DNA from: Alphaproteobacteria bacterium
Lineage (GTDB): Bacteria; Desulfobacterota; Binatia; UBA12015
Length of the DNA stretch: 52,170 nt
Assembly: GCA_017853315.1 (NCBI GenBank)
Contig: JAFMJW010000005.1
Span: forward strand, 1-52,170
Direction: 5' to 3'
Under the pieces are notes generated by a model. That model was not told the DNA's origin. It saw only the letters and a program-made list of their open reading frames with translations, and ran no database searches. Below, in pieces: positions 41,001-50,338 of this stretch (within the stretch, counting starts at the first letter, position 1; each line of letters opens with the position of its first letter). The translations under genes were made by a program, and so were the position numbers.

Positions 41001-41424
41001 CCTGCTCGGCGAGGCGGGCATGCTCGCGAACCTGGCCGAGGCGGTTGCCGGCCGGGGGGACCTCCACGGTGCGCTCGAGCTGACCCGCGAGGCGATCACC
41101 ATCGGCCGACAGCGCGGGGCGAAGCTCTTCGAGTGCCTGGCACTCCTCATCTTCGCGCGATGCCGGCTGCTGGTCGGCGACGAGGCGGGGGGCGCCGAGG
41201 TGGCGGAGGCGGTCGCGGCTGCCGACGCGCTCATCGAGACGGAGGGCTTCGCGTCGATGAAGCCGCTGGTGCACGTGCTGCGGGCGTTCTCGGTCCGCGG
41301 AGACCAGGCCGTCGAGCGGGGCATCGACGAGCTCCGGACGGCGCGCCGTCTCTTCGTCGAGATGGGCGCTACGGGGAGCGCGGAGCGGATCGCGGCCCTC
41401 CTCCCGACGGGGGTCGCGGCGTGA
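38089..41424 (+). CDS. Zn-ribbon / class III adenylate-guanylate cyclase / STAND ATPase / TPR-like protein
   Basis: CSACG...FCRHCG; VTVMFADVQGS, RFTGDGIMALFG, RIGLHSG, ALGHTVSLAERME; FVGREAE, GPAGVGKSRL, VEDAQWLD, TQGNPFF, FSHPL; helical C-terminus. Confidence 0.9.
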   Translation: MIATRERACSACGGTTEAAAQFCRHCGVAIERVHPTGRNRPIAPEADLEGRGDSAQTTPVDAAGNDPPQGELKQVTVMFADVQGSVALSEQVDPEDWHGIISRFFSLLAGAARRYGGVVSRFTGDGIMALFGAPVAQEDHAQRACHAAIHAREVLSEYAGELRRARGLSFSVRIGLHSGPVVATWLGDGGSSGFTALGHTVSLAERMERLAEPGRIYVTEDTAGLVGGFFDLVDLGRFDMQGESRPIRVFEVAGRGQQRSRLDFARVRGFSRFVGREAEVGRLEGALEKVLRGEGQTVEIVGPAGVGKSRLCAEFVAEARRRGIPAVEVHGFAHLASMPYLTLIEDLRHLLQIEPQDSDEVAREKISEQILAVDPTLVERLPLVFGMLGVAGPGEGGPSLDPGSQAHVLGECVERAAVAGSARGPVIVLVEDAQWLDPASSALLESLLWTTPSTRILVLLTFRPGHRAPHPPTSRVERIELAPLGERGSSELLHHLLGEHPSVAPLFARILERTQGNPFFTEEIVWSLADAGVLDGERGRFRLTRPVAGVPLPATLQATLGSRIDQLPGEHKRVLQFASVVGLEFDLALLRRVLVGEQPRLATTMTALARAGFVDRSDVDDQDRFRFSHPLMHEEVYFSQLGETRMRSHASVAQALAEIDASQIDARAGLLAHHWENAGEALQAARWMARSAKWVSSRKLAEALRSWRKVADLVDGLPRLDAMELAVEARIAMLECGARTGLSEEDSGAIFAEGELLARRLDDRHRLARLFGARCQVLAFAGDAPGALELGRHALELVEHSGDRDVIRDRRAEVLFGLFAAGQFREVIALAEATLSPWPGDPAVGRLGDDPRDTWILCFHAMAAIDMGRIEEARRELEIVIENSQRIGALEVLCIAWGFSPVVAQISGEGADLALARARRAVHLAERLESPLSSYFSSWGLGLAHLISEDWPEAERLLRASLEGTRGSGVGLLGEAGMLANLAEAVAGRGDLHGALELTREAITIGRQRGAKLFECLALLIFARCRLLVGDEAGGAEVAEAVAAADALIETEGFASMKPLVHVLRAFSVRGDQAVERGIDELRTARRLFVEMGATGSAERIAALLPTGVAA

Positions 41425-43064
41425 CGCCGCAGGAGAGGGCGGACAGGCTCGACGACGAGCGACGCCTTCGCCGGCTCTACGAGCTCGGCATCGCGTTCTC
41501 CTCCCGCACCGACGTGGCCGCGGTGGTGGAGGTGGTGGTCGACGAGCTTCGCGAGGAGCTGGATTCGGAGGGCGCGGCGGTCCTGCTGGTCGACCCGAAG
41601 CAGGGCGACCTCTACTTCCCGTGGGTGGCACAGCAGAATCCGGAGGTTGCACGCCGACTGCGCGACGTGCGGGTTCCGCTGGGCCGGGGGATCGCGGGTG
41701 CCGTGCTCCGGAGCGGGCGAGCGATGCGGGTCGACGACGTCGAGTCGCAGCCCGACTTCTACCGCAGCGTCGACTACGAGACGACGTTCCGCACGCGCTG
41801 CATGCTCGCGGCGCCGCTGCTCACGCCGTCGGGCCCGATCGGCGTGGTCGAAGTCGTGAACCGTCGCGATCGCCCGTTCGACGACGAGGACCTCCGGTTC
41901 CTCGAGGCCCTGTCGCTCAGCATCGCGGTCGCGATCGACAATGCGCGCCTGTACGCGCGGCTGCGCGAGGCGGAGTCGAAGCTGCGCGACGAGGTCGGGG
42001 TGCTGCGCCGGGACCTCGCCACGCGGACCCGCTTCGAGGGCATGGTCGGCCTGAGCGCTCCGATGGAGGAGGTCTTTCGCCTCATGGCGAGCGCCGCCTC
42101 GGCGCCTGTCGCCGTCCTGGTCGAGGGCGAGACCGGCACCGGCAAGGAGCTCGTCGCGCGGGGCATCCACCGCTCGAGTGCACGCGCGCAGGGGCCCTTC
42201 GTCGCGGTCAACTGCGCGGCGCTTCCGGAGACGCTGCTCGAGAGCGAGCTTTTCGGCCACCGGCGTGGCGCGTTCACCGGCGCCGACCGGGATCGCCGGG
42301 GTCTCTTCGAGGCGGCGAGCGGCGGGAGCATCCTCCTCGACGAGATCGGGGAGATGCCGCTCGCCATGCAGGCGAAGCTGCTGCGCGTCCTCCAGGAGTC
42401 CGAGGTCATCCCGCTCGGCGACACGAAGCCGCGGCGGGTCGACGTGCGCGTGATCTCCGCGACGAATCGGGACCTGCGACGCGAGATCGCCGAGCGGCGC
42501 TTCCGCGAGGATCTCTTCTACCGGCTCTCGACCTTCCCGATCCGGCTCCCGGCGCTGCGGCAACGGCGCGAGGACATTGCACTGCTCGCCGACCACTTCC
42601 TCGCCCTCGCGGCGGAGCGGCACCACAAGCGGATCGACGCGATCGAGCCCTCGGCTCTCGACGCACTGGCCCGGCACGACTGGCCGGGCAACGCCCGGGA
42701 GCTGCAGAACGAGATCGAGCGCGCGGTCGCGCTCGCGAGCTCGGGCGACCGGATCGGGCTCGCGCACCTCTCGCTGCGCCTGGGCGCGCCGGTCGCCGCG
42801 AGTCGGTCGTCGTCGCCGGGCGCGCAGGCGGTGCCCGACCTCCCGGGGGAGCGGGCTCCCGAGACGATGGACCTGCGCGAGGCTCGCGAAGCCTTCGAGG
42901 CCGAGTTCATCGCGCGCATGCTCGAGCGCCACGGCGGCAACGTGTCGCGGACCGCGCGTGCCCTCGGGCTCTCGCGCGCGATGCTGCACAAGAAGATCCG
43001 CAGCATGGAACTGCGCGCGATCAGCGGCGCAGGCGGATCCAGGCCGAGAGCAGCCGCCTCGTGA
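41421..43064 (+). CDS. GAF-domain sigma54 enhancer-binding protein (GAF-AAA+-HTH)
   Basis: GAF (GRGIAGAV...FYRSVDYETTFRTRCMLAAPL...VVNRRDRPFDDED); GETGTGKE; GAFTGA; LDEIGE; WPGNAREL; GGNVSRTARALGLSR. Confidence 0.93.
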   Translation: MTPQERADRLDDERRLRRLYELGIAFSSRTDVAAVVEVVVDELREELDSEGAAVLLVDPKQGDLYFPWVAQQNPEVARRLRDVRVPLGRGIAGAVLRSGRAMRVDDVESQPDFYRSVDYETTFRTRCMLAAPLLTPSGPIGVVEVVNRRDRPFDDEDLRFLEALSLSIAVAIDNARLYARLREAESKLRDEVGVLRRDLATRTRFEGMVGLSAPMEEVFRLMASAASAPVAVLVEGETGTGKELVARGIHRSSARAQGPFVAVNCAALPETLLESELFGHRRGAFTGADRDRRGLFEAASGGSILLDEIGEMPLAMQAKLLRVLQESEVIPLGDTKPRRVDVRVISATNRDLRREIAERRFREDLFYRLSTFPIRLPALRQRREDIALLADHFLALAAERHHKRIDAIEPSALDALARHDWPGNARELQNEIERAVALASSGDRIGLAHLSLRLGAPVAASRSSSPGAQAVPDLPGERAPETMDLREAREAFEAEFIARMLERHGGNVSRTARALGLSRAMLHKKIRSMELRAISGAGGSRPRAAAS

Positions 43065-44529
43065 CGGGTGTCAGGCGGGTGCGCTGCCATGCGTCGCCGG
43101 CCTTGCGGATCGCGTCGGACAGGGTCGGGTAGGGCAGGATCACCGACGAGAGGCGCCCGAGGCCGATCCCGCTCTCCATCGCCACGACGACGCCGGCGAG
43201 GATCTCTCCCGCGTGGCTCCCGACGGCGGTCGCGCCCAGGATCCGGTCGCTGCCGCGGCGGAGGTGGATTCGCAGGAATCCCTCCGCGGCCTCGTCGAGG
43301 ACGGCCCGGTCGACCGAGTTCATCGGCACCTCGACGGTGTCGAGGGCGACGCCCGTGGTGGCGGCCCGCGCGGGGTCGATCCCGACGCGCGCCACCTCGG
43401 GGTCGGTGAACGTGCAGTGGGGCACGACCAGGTCGCGGTAGCGGCGACGCCCGGCGAAGAGCGCGTTGCGGAGCACGAGGCGGGAGGAAGCGTCGGCGGC
43501 ATGGGTGAACAGGTCGGGCAGGCACACGTCGCCCGAGGCCCAGACCCTCGGGTTCGTGGTCCGCAGGCGTTCGTCCACGACCAGTCCGGCGGGGGCGACC
43601 TCGATCCCGGCGCGGTCGAGCTCGAGGCGCTCGAGGTTCGGGGTCCGGCCGGTCGCGACGAGGATGGCGTCGCAGGCGGTGGAGCCTTCCTCTCCGGGCG
43701 CGCTCCAGTGGACGACCCGGTCGCCGCTCGCCCGATCGACGTCGACGCGGACGGGCACGCAGCCCGTGCGGAGCCGCACACCGTCCTGCGCGAGGGCGGC
43801 GGCGACGATGCGCGACGCGTCGGGCTCCTCGCGGGGGAGCACCGCCGCGGCACGCCCGAGCAGCGTGACCTCGCTCCCGAGGCGAGCGAAGGCCTGCCCG
43901 AGCTCGCAGCCGATCGGGCCGGCCCCGATCACGACCAGCCTCGCGGGCAGGCGTTCGAGGTCGAAGACGGTGTCGCTGGTCGCGGGACGGGCGTCGGCGA
44001 GTCCCGGGACCGAGGGGAGAGCGGGTCGTGCGCCCGTCGCGACGATCGCGCGCCGGAATCGCAACGTGGCCCCGGCCACGTCGATCGCGTCGCGGGAGAC
44101 GAAGCGGCCTTCGCCGAAGAAGACGTCCACGCCGAGCGAACGGAAGCGCTCGGCCGAGTCGTGGACGGCAAGTCCCGCTCGGAGCCTGCGCATTCTTTCC
44201 ATGACCGCGGCGAAGTCGGGCTCGACCGCGCCGACGCGGACGCCCAGGGCGGCCGCACGGCGCGCGTCCGCCGCGGCGCGCGCGGAGCGCAGCACCGCCT
44301 TCGACGGCACGCAGCCGGTGACGAGGCAGTCGCCGCCCATGCGGTCGCGCTCGACGAGCGCCACGCGCGCGCCGAGGCCGGCGGCGCCGGCGGCGGCGAC
44401 GAGTCCCGCCGTGCCGGCGCCGAGCACGACGAGGTCGTAGCAATCGGCCGGAGCGGGGTTCTGCCACGCCACGGGCCGTACCCGCTCGTCGAGGAGGACG
44501 TCGGCACCCTGGCGGTCGGAGGTCTTCAC
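43021..44529 (-). CDS. FAD-dependent pyridine nucleotide-disulfide oxidoreductase (MerA/Lpd-like)
   Basis: GAGTAG, GGDCLVTGCVPSK redox disulfide, GAGPIGCE, ATGRTPN, FTDPEVARVG, PYPT; no C-terminal Cys pair. Confidence 0.88.
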   Translation of the reverse strand: MKTSDRQGADVLLDERVRPVAWQNPAPADCYDLVVLGAGTAGLVAAAGAAGLGARVALVERDRMGGDCLVTGCVPSKAVLRSARAAADARRAAALGVRVGAVEPDFAAVMERMRRLRAGLAVHDSAERFRSLGVDVFFGEGRFVSRDAIDVAGATLRFRRAIVATGARPALPSVPGLADARPATSDTVFDLERLPARLVVIGAGPIGCELGQAFARLGSEVTLLGRAAAVLPREEPDASRIVAAALAQDGVRLRTGCVPVRVDVDRASGDRVVHWSAPGEEGSTACDAILVATGRTPNLERLELDRAGIEVAPAGLVVDERLRTTNPRVWASGDVCLPDLFTHAADASSRLVLRNALFAGRRRYRDLVVPHCTFTDPEVARVGIDPARAATTGVALDTVEVPMNSVDRAVLDEAAEGFLRIHLRRGSDRILGATAVGSHAGEILAGVVVAMESGIGLGRLSSVILPYPTLSDAIRKAGDAWQRTRLTPVTRRLLSAWIRLRR

Positions 44530-44749
44530 GCTGGTCGTCGTGCCCCTTCCGTAGCCTGCCTTCCGATGCTTGAAAACGGGGGGGGCTTTCTGCAACCTCA
44601 AGGCTTCCGGGCACCGTCGTTTCGAGTCCGTGGGCCCTGCGGTCCAGGGCGGGGACTCGGTACCGGCAGGCGGCGCGACCCGGCCTCGGGAACGCGTCGG
44701 AAGGCACGAAGGATTCCGGGGCGACCCGGCAGACCGTCTCGGGGGACAC

Positions 44750-45898
44750 ATGGGCAACCCACTGGTCGAGGTCGGGCAGTTCGGGCAGAGCATCTGGTAC
44801 GACAACATCCGGCGAGGGATCATCACCTCGGGCGAGTTGCAGTCGATGATCGACCAGGACGGGCTGCTCGGGATCACTTCGAACCCGGCCATCTTCGAGA
44901 AGGCGATCAACGACAGCCACGACTACGACCAGGCGATCCGGGCCGCGGTCGCGACGGGCTCCCCGAGCGCGGTCGACGTCTACGAAGGCCTCGCGATGGA
45001 CGACATCCGCTGGGCCGCCGACCTGATGCACCCGGTCTGGGAGAAGACCGCCGGCCGCGACGGTTGGGTGAGCTTCGAGGTCCTGCCCCAGCTCGCCAAC
45101 GACACCGACGGGACCGTGAAGTACGCCCGCCGCGCGCACGCGGCGATCGGGCGCGACAACGTCCTGATCAAGGTGCCCGCGACGCCGGCCGGCATGCCCG
45201 CCATCGCGACGCTGGTCGGCGAGGGCATCAGCGTCAACGTGACGCTCCTGTTCGCGGTGTCGGCCTACCAGCACTGCGCCGAGGCCTACATGGAGGGGCT
45301 CGAGCGCTCGGCGGCCCGCGGGGCCGACCTGTCGCGGATCGCGAGCGTCGCGAGCTTCTTCGTGAGCCGCATCGACTCGATGGTGGACGCCGAGCTCGAC
45401 GCGCTCGCCGCCAAGGAAGGCGACGCGGCGCGCAAGGCCCGGATCGAGGGGCTGCGCGGCAAGATCGCGATCGCGAACGCGAAGCTCGCCTACGAGCGCT
45501 ACCTCGAGATCGTCGCGGCGCCGCGCTGGAAGGCGCTCGCGGCGAAGGGCGCGCGCACCCAGCGGGTGCTCTGGGCGAGCACGAGCACGAAGAACCCGAA
45601 GTACCCGAAGACGCTCTACGTCGACTCGCTGATCGCGCGAGACACCGTGAACACGATCCCCGAGGAGACCTTCGTCGAGTACCGCCGCAGCGGCAAGCCG
45701 CACGCCGCGCTCGAAGAGGCCTGGGCGGCGCAGCTCGCCGAGGCGAAGGCGCAGGTCGCGGAACTCGAGGGCTTCGGCATCTCGCTCTCGTCCGTGACCG
45801 GCCGGCTGCTCGAAGAGGGCGTGGCGAAGTTCGTCCAGCCGATGGACAAGCTGCTCGCGGCGATCGAGAAGAAGCGCGCGTCGCTGAAGGCGGCCTGA
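44750..45898 (+). CDS. tal: Transaldolase
   Basis: GQSIWYDNI, GITSNPAIF, VSFEV, LIKVPAT, VNVTLLF, SVASFFVSRID, LWASTSTKNP. Confidence 0.95.
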   Translation: MGNPLVEVGQFGQSIWYDNIRRGIITSGELQSMIDQDGLLGITSNPAIFEKAINDSHDYDQAIRAAVATGSPSAVDVYEGLAMDDIRWAADLMHPVWEKTAGRDGWVSFEVLPQLANDTDGTVKYARRAHAAIGRDNVLIKVPATPAGMPAIATLVGEGISVNVTLLFAVSAYQHCAEAYMEGLERSAARGADLSRIASVASFFVSRIDSMVDAELDALAAKEGDAARKARIEGLRGKIAIANAKLAYERYLEIVAAPRWKALAAKGARTQRVLWASTSTKNPKYPKTLYVDSLIARDTVNTIPEETFVEYRRSGKPHAALEEAWAAQLAEAKAQVAELEGFGISLSSVTGRLLEEGVAKFVQPMDKLLAAIEKKRASLKAA

Positions 45899-45954
45899 GA
45901 AGGAGAGCGGGGGGCACGGCCCCTCGCGCGGGAAACACCGGAGAGGGGGCGGGC

Positions 45955-48021
45955 ATGGCCGCGGCAGGGCAGCAGGAAATCGACAAGAAGTGCATCGACA
46001 CGATCCGCACGCTCGCGATGGACGCGGTGCAGGCGGCGAACTCGGGCCATCCCGGCACGCCGATGGCGCTCGCCCCGGTCGCCTACGAGCTCTGGCAGAA
46101 CCACCTTCGCTACGACCCGTCGGATCCCCTCTGGCCGGGACGCGATCGCTTCGTCCTGTCCAACGGCCACGCCTCGATGCTGCTCTACGGACTCATCTTC
46201 CTCTCGGGCATCGAGGCGGTGGGCAAGGACGGCCGCAAGCTCGGCAAGCCGAGCCTGACGGTCGAGGACATCAAGCAGTTCCGCCAGTTCCACAGCCTCA
46301 CCCCGGGTCATCCCGAGCACGGCCACACGACCGGAGTCGAGACCACGACCGGCCCGCTCGGCCAGGGACTCGCCACGTCGGTCGGCATGGCGATGGCGCA
46401 GGCCTGGCTGTCGTCGCGCTACGACCGCCCGGGCGCCGAGCTCTTCGACTACGACGTCTTCGCGATCTGCGGCGACGGCTGCATGATGGAGGGCATCTCG
46501 AACGAGGCGGCCTCGCTCGCCGCCCACCATGCCCTCTCGAATCTCTGCTGGATCTACGACGACAACCACATCACGATCGAGGGCAGCACGAGCCTCGCCT
46601 TCACCGAGAGCGTGCCCCGGCGCTTCGAGGGGCTCGGCTGGAACGTGCTGCACGTCGCCGACGCGAACGACACCGCGGCGGTGGGTGCCGCGATCGAGGC
46701 GTTCCGCGCGTGCAAGGACCGGCCGACCCTGATCGTCGTGCGCAGCCACATCGCGTGGGGTGCTCCGCACAAGCAGGATACCGCGGCCGCGCACGGAGAG
46801 CCGCTCGGCGAGGAGGAGATCAAGCTCGCCAAGCGCGCGTACGGCTGGCCGGAGGACGCGAAGTTCCTCGTTCCCGACGGGGTGCAGCAGCACTTCCAGG
46901 CGGTCATGGGCGCCCGCGGCCTTGCTGCCCGCGAGGCCTGGCAGGGAAGGTTCGCCCGCTTCCGCGAGCAGCAGCCGGCGCTCGCGGCCGAGATCGAGAC
47001 GATGGAGGCGGGCCGACTCCCTGCGGACTGGGACCGCGACCTGGTCGCCTTCCCGGCCGACGCGAAGGGCCTCGCCACGCGCGAGTCCTCCGGCAAGGTG
47101 CTGAACGCGGTGGCGAAGCACGTGCCGTGGCTGATCGGCGGCGCCGCGGACCTCGCGCCGTCGACCAAGACGCTGCTCACCTTCGACGGCGCAGGCTCCT
47201 TCCAGCCCGGCACCCACGGCGGGCGCAACTTCCACTTCGGCATCCGCGAGCACGCGATGTCGGCGATCCTGAACGGGCTCGCGCTCTCGAACCTGCGGCC
47301 CTACGGCTCGGGCTTCCTGATCTTCTCCGACTACGCGCGCGGCGCGATGCGGCTCTCGGCGCTCATGGAGCTGCCGGTGATCTTCGTCTTCACGCACGAC
47401 TCGATCGGGGTCGGCGAGGACGGCCCGACGCACCAGCCGATCGAGCAGATGGCGGGGCTGCGCGCCGTCCCCGGGATGACGGTGATGCGGCCGTGCGACG
47501 CGAACGAGGTCGTCGAGGCCTGGCGCTTCGCCCTGCAGCACCGCGACGGACCGCTGTGCCTCGTCCTGAGCCGGCAGGCGATGCCGACGCTCGACCGCAC
47601 GAAGGTCGCGCCGGCCTCGGGCCTGCAGCGCGGCGGCTACGTGCTGGCGGACGCACCGGGAGGCCCGGAGGTCATCCTCGTCGGCACCGGCAGCGAGGTG
47701 TCGCTGTGCCTCGCGGCCCACGACGCGCTCGTGGCGAAGGGCGTGCGCTCGCGCGTCGTGAGCCTGCCGTCGTGGGAAGTCTTCGCGAAGCAGGACGCCG
47801 CCTACCGGGACTCGGTTCTGCCGCCGGCGGTGCGGGCGAGGGTCGGCGTCGAGATGGCGTCGACCTTCGGCTGGGAGCGCTGGGTCGGCCTCGACGGCGC
47901 GATCGTCGGCATGCACCGGTTCGGCGAGTCGGCGCCGGCGATGAAGGTCCTCGCCGAGTTCGGGTTCACGACCGACGCGGTCGTGGCCGCGGCGCTCGCG
48001 CAGGTGGGCCGCAAGGCGTGA
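45955..48021 (+). CDS. tkt: Transketolase
   Basis: NSGHPG, DRFVLSNGH, TPGHPE, TGPLGQG, GDGCMMEG, FGIREHAM, THDSIGVGEDGPTHQP. Confidence 0.97.
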   Translation: MAAAGQQEIDKKCIDTIRTLAMDAVQAANSGHPGTPMALAPVAYELWQNHLRYDPSDPLWPGRDRFVLSNGHASMLLYGLIFLSGIEAVGKDGRKLGKPSLTVEDIKQFRQFHSLTPGHPEHGHTTGVETTTGPLGQGLATSVGMAMAQAWLSSRYDRPGAELFDYDVFAICGDGCMMEGISNEAASLAAHHALSNLCWIYDDNHITIEGSTSLAFTESVPRRFEGLGWNVLHVADANDTAAVGAAIEAFRACKDRPTLIVVRSHIAWGAPHKQDTAAAHGEPLGEEEIKLAKRAYGWPEDAKFLVPDGVQQHFQAVMGARGLAAREAWQGRFARFREQQPALAAEIETMEAGRLPADWDRDLVAFPADAKGLATRESSGKVLNAVAKHVPWLIGGAADLAPSTKTLLTFDGAGSFQPGTHGGRNFHFGIREHAMSAILNGLALSNLRPYGSGFLIFSDYARGAMRLSALMELPVIFVFTHDSIGVGEDGPTHQPIEQMAGLRAVPGMTVMRPCDANEVVEAWRFALQHRDGPLCLVLSRQAMPTLDRTKVAPASGLQRGGYVLADAPGGPEVILVGTGSEVSLCLAAHDALVAKGVRSRVVSLPSWEVFAKQDAAYRDSVLPPAVRARVGVEMASTFGWERWVGLDGAIVGMHRFGESAPAMKVLAEFGFTTDAVVAAALAQVGRKA

Positions 48022-48057
48022 TCGAGCGGCCGACGGGGCCGGCGGGCGGGACGGCCT

Positions 48058-48759
48058 GTGTCCGCGCCTGAGGCTTCGCTCGACGGGATCGCGCGCCGCG
48101 CGCTCGACTGGGTGCGCGACGGCGACGTGCTCGGACTCGGTACGGGTCGGGCCGCGACCGCCTTCGTGCGCATGCTGGGCGATCGCGTTCGGGAAGGACT
48201 CTCGGTGCGGGGCGTGCCGACCTCCGAGTCGACCGCCGCGCTCGCGCGCGAGCTGGGCATCCCGCTGCTCGACCTCGGGTCCGCGGGCGAGATCGCCACG
48301 ACCTTCGACGGTGCCGACGAGGTCGACCCCCGGCTCGACCTGATCAAGGGCTACGGCGGTGCGCTGGTCCGCGAGAAGATCGTCGCGTCCTCCTCGCGGC
48401 GGCGGGTCATGCTGGTGGGCTCGGAGAAGATGGTCGAGGCGTTGGGTGCGCACGGGAAGCTCCCGGTGGAGGTCGTCCCGTTCGCCCTCCCGTTGTGCCG
48501 CCGCCGCATCGAGCAGATGGGCTTCGGCGCCCCGCTCCGGGGAGGGGACGCAAGCCCCTGGCGGACCGACAACGGCAACTGGATCATCGACGTCGCGCTC
48601 TCGCGGATCGAGGACCCGGGCGAACTCGACCGGCGGCTTCGGGAGATTCCCGGGGTGGTCGGCACGGGCATCTTCGCCGGGATGGCCGACGTCGTGCTCG
48701 TGCAGCGCGGCCACGAGGTGCAGGTTCTCGAGCGTCCCGGGGGATCGGCGGCGACCTGA
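48058..48759 (+). CDS. rpiA: Ribose-5-phosphate isomerase A
   Basis: LGLGTG, DGADEVD, LIKGYGGALVREKIV, LPVEV, TDNGN, IPGVV. Confidence 0.95.
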   Translation: MSAPEASLDGIARRALDWVRDGDVLGLGTGRAATAFVRMLGDRVREGLSVRGVPTSESTAALARELGIPLLDLGSAGEIATTFDGADEVDPRLDLIKGYGGALVREKIVASSSRRRVMLVGSEKMVEALGAHGKLPVEVVPFALPLCRRRIEQMGFGAPLRGGDASPWRTDNGNWIIDVALSRIEDPGELDRRLREIPGVVGTGIFAGMADVVLVQRGHEVQVLERPGGSAAT

Positions 48760-48793
48760 GCGGCAGCGGCTGCGCTGCCAGAGAGACGGACGG

Positions 48794-50338
48794 ATGGCGG
48801 AGCCAGGGGAGACACTGCTGGGCGGGCAGGAGGGCGGGCCCGTCGCGGCTCCCTGCACGCTGGTCATCTTCGGCGCCGCCGGCGACCTCGCGCGCCGCAA
48901 GCTCGTGCCGGCACTCTACAACCTCTCGCTCGACGGGGTCCTCCCGCCGAGCTTCGCCGTGGTCGGGTTCGCGCGCCGCGAGATGGGCGACGAGGAGTTC
49001 CGGGCCGCGGGCCGGGAGGGCGTCGACCGCTTCTCTCGACGGGTCGCGGACGCCGAGCGCTGGGCCGGCTTCGAGCGCAGCCTGTTCTACGTGACGGGCT
49101 CCTTCGGCGACCCCGCGGCCTACCAAGCCCTGCGCAAGCGGATCGAGGAGATCGAGCCCGGCTTCGGGATCCCGGGCAACCGCATCTTCTATCTCTCCGT
49201 CCCGCCGGGCGAGATCGTGACCTGCGTGCAGCACCTCCAGGCGGCGGGTCTGCTGAAGCGCGACGCCCCGGGCGAGCCGTTCTCCCGGGTCATCGTCGAG
49301 AAGCCGATCGGCCACGACCTCGCGAGCGCTCGCGAGATCGACGGGGCGGTCGCGGCCGTCTGCGGCGAGCGGCAGATCTTCCGCATCGACCACTACCTCG
49401 GCAAGGAGACGGTCCAGAGCCTGCTCGTCATGCGCTTTGCGAACTCGATCTTCGAGCCGCTCTGGAACCAGAAGTACATCGACCACGTGCAGATCACGGT
49501 GGCCGAGGAGGAGGGCGTCGGCACGCGCGCCAACTACTACGAAGGCGCCGGCGCGCTGCGGGACATGGTGCAGAACCACATCCTGCAGGTGCTGTGCCTG
49601 GTCGCGATGGAGCCGCCCTTCGAGATGACGGCCGACGTGGTGCGCGACCAGAAGGTCGCCGTGCTGAAGTGCCTGCGGGCGATCCCGCGCGGCGAGGACC
49701 TCGAGCGCCACGTCGTCCGGGCGCAGTACGCGGCCGGCTTTCAGCACGGCGTGGAGGTTCCCGGCTACCGGCGCGAGGACCGGGTGAAGGCCGACTCGAC
49801 GACCGAGACCTACGTCGCGCTGAAGGCCTTCGTCGACAACTGGCGCTGGGCGGGCGTGCCGTTCTACCTGCGCACCGGCAAGCGGCTGCCCAAGCGCGCG
49901 AGCGAGATCGCGGTGCAGTTCAAGGACGTGCCGCAGATGCTCTTCAACGCGTCCGGCACGCCGATCGAGCCCAACGTGCTCGCGATCCGCATCCAGCCCG
50001 ACGAGGGGCTCTCGCTACGGATCGCGACCAAGCTGCCGGGCCCGCGCGTGCGCATCTACCCGGTGAAAATGGACTTCCGCTACGGCTCGACCTTCGGCGA
50101 CCAGTCGCCGGAAGCCTACGAGCGCCTGCTCCTCGACGTGATGGCGGGCGACGCGACGCTCTTCATGCGCCGCGACGCCGTCGAGGCCTCGTGGTCGTGG
50201 GTGAACGAAATCCTCGAGGCCTGGCAGGCGCGGGGCAGCCGCTACCTCCCGGAATACCCGGCGGGGAGCTGGGGCCCGGTCGAGGCGGACCGGCTCATCG
50301 AGGCGGACGGTCGCGGGCGGGCGTGGCGGACGCTGTGA
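48794..50338 (+). CDS. zwf: Glucose-6-phosphate 1-dehydrogenase
   Basis: IFGAAGDLARRKL, IVEKP, FRIDHYLGKE, RDMVQNH, WAGVPFYLRTGK, AYERLL. Confidence 0.97.
   Translation: MAEPGETLLGGQEGGPVAAPCTLVIFGAAGDLARRKLVPALYNLSLDGVLPPSFAVVGFARREMGDEEFRAAGREGVDRFSRRVADAERWAGFERSLFYVTGSFGDPAAYQALRKRIEEIEPGFGIPGNRIFYLSVPPGEIVTCVQHLQAAGLLKRDAPGEPFSRVIVEKPIGHDLASAREIDGAVAAVCGERQIFRIDHYLGKETVQSLLVMRFANSIFEPLWNQKYIDHVQITVAEEEGVGTRANYYEGAGALRDMVQNHILQVLCLVAMEPPFEMTADVVRDQKVAVLKCLRAIPRGEDLERHVVRAQYAAGFQHGVEVPGYRREDRVKADSTTETYVALKAFVDNWRWAGVPFYLRTGKRLPKRASEIAVQFKDVPQMLFNASGTPIEPNVLAIRIQPDEGLSLRIATKLPGPRVRIYPVKMDFRYGSTFGDQSPEAYERLLLDVMAGDATLFMRRDAVEASWSWVNEILEAWQARGSRYLPEYPAGSWGPVEADRLIEADGRGRAWRTL

Noticed and set aside
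38089-41424. Cyclase-STAND protein as an anti-phage (Avs/Pycsar) system
   Set aside because: No toxic effector or defence-island context, and its partner is a transcription activator; not fully excluded.
44623-44659. Hairpin in the tal leader, and hairpin at 37635-37656
   Set aside because: GC-rich stems without a U-tract or recognisable motif; not distinguishable from background.
42577-48021. 1814-aa ORF suggesting a giant transketolase fusion; similar long N-terminal extensions on meaB, glmM, cimA, mnmA, era and der
   Set aside because: The extensions overlap real genes in other frames, and true starts are supported by SD or stop-start overlaps.
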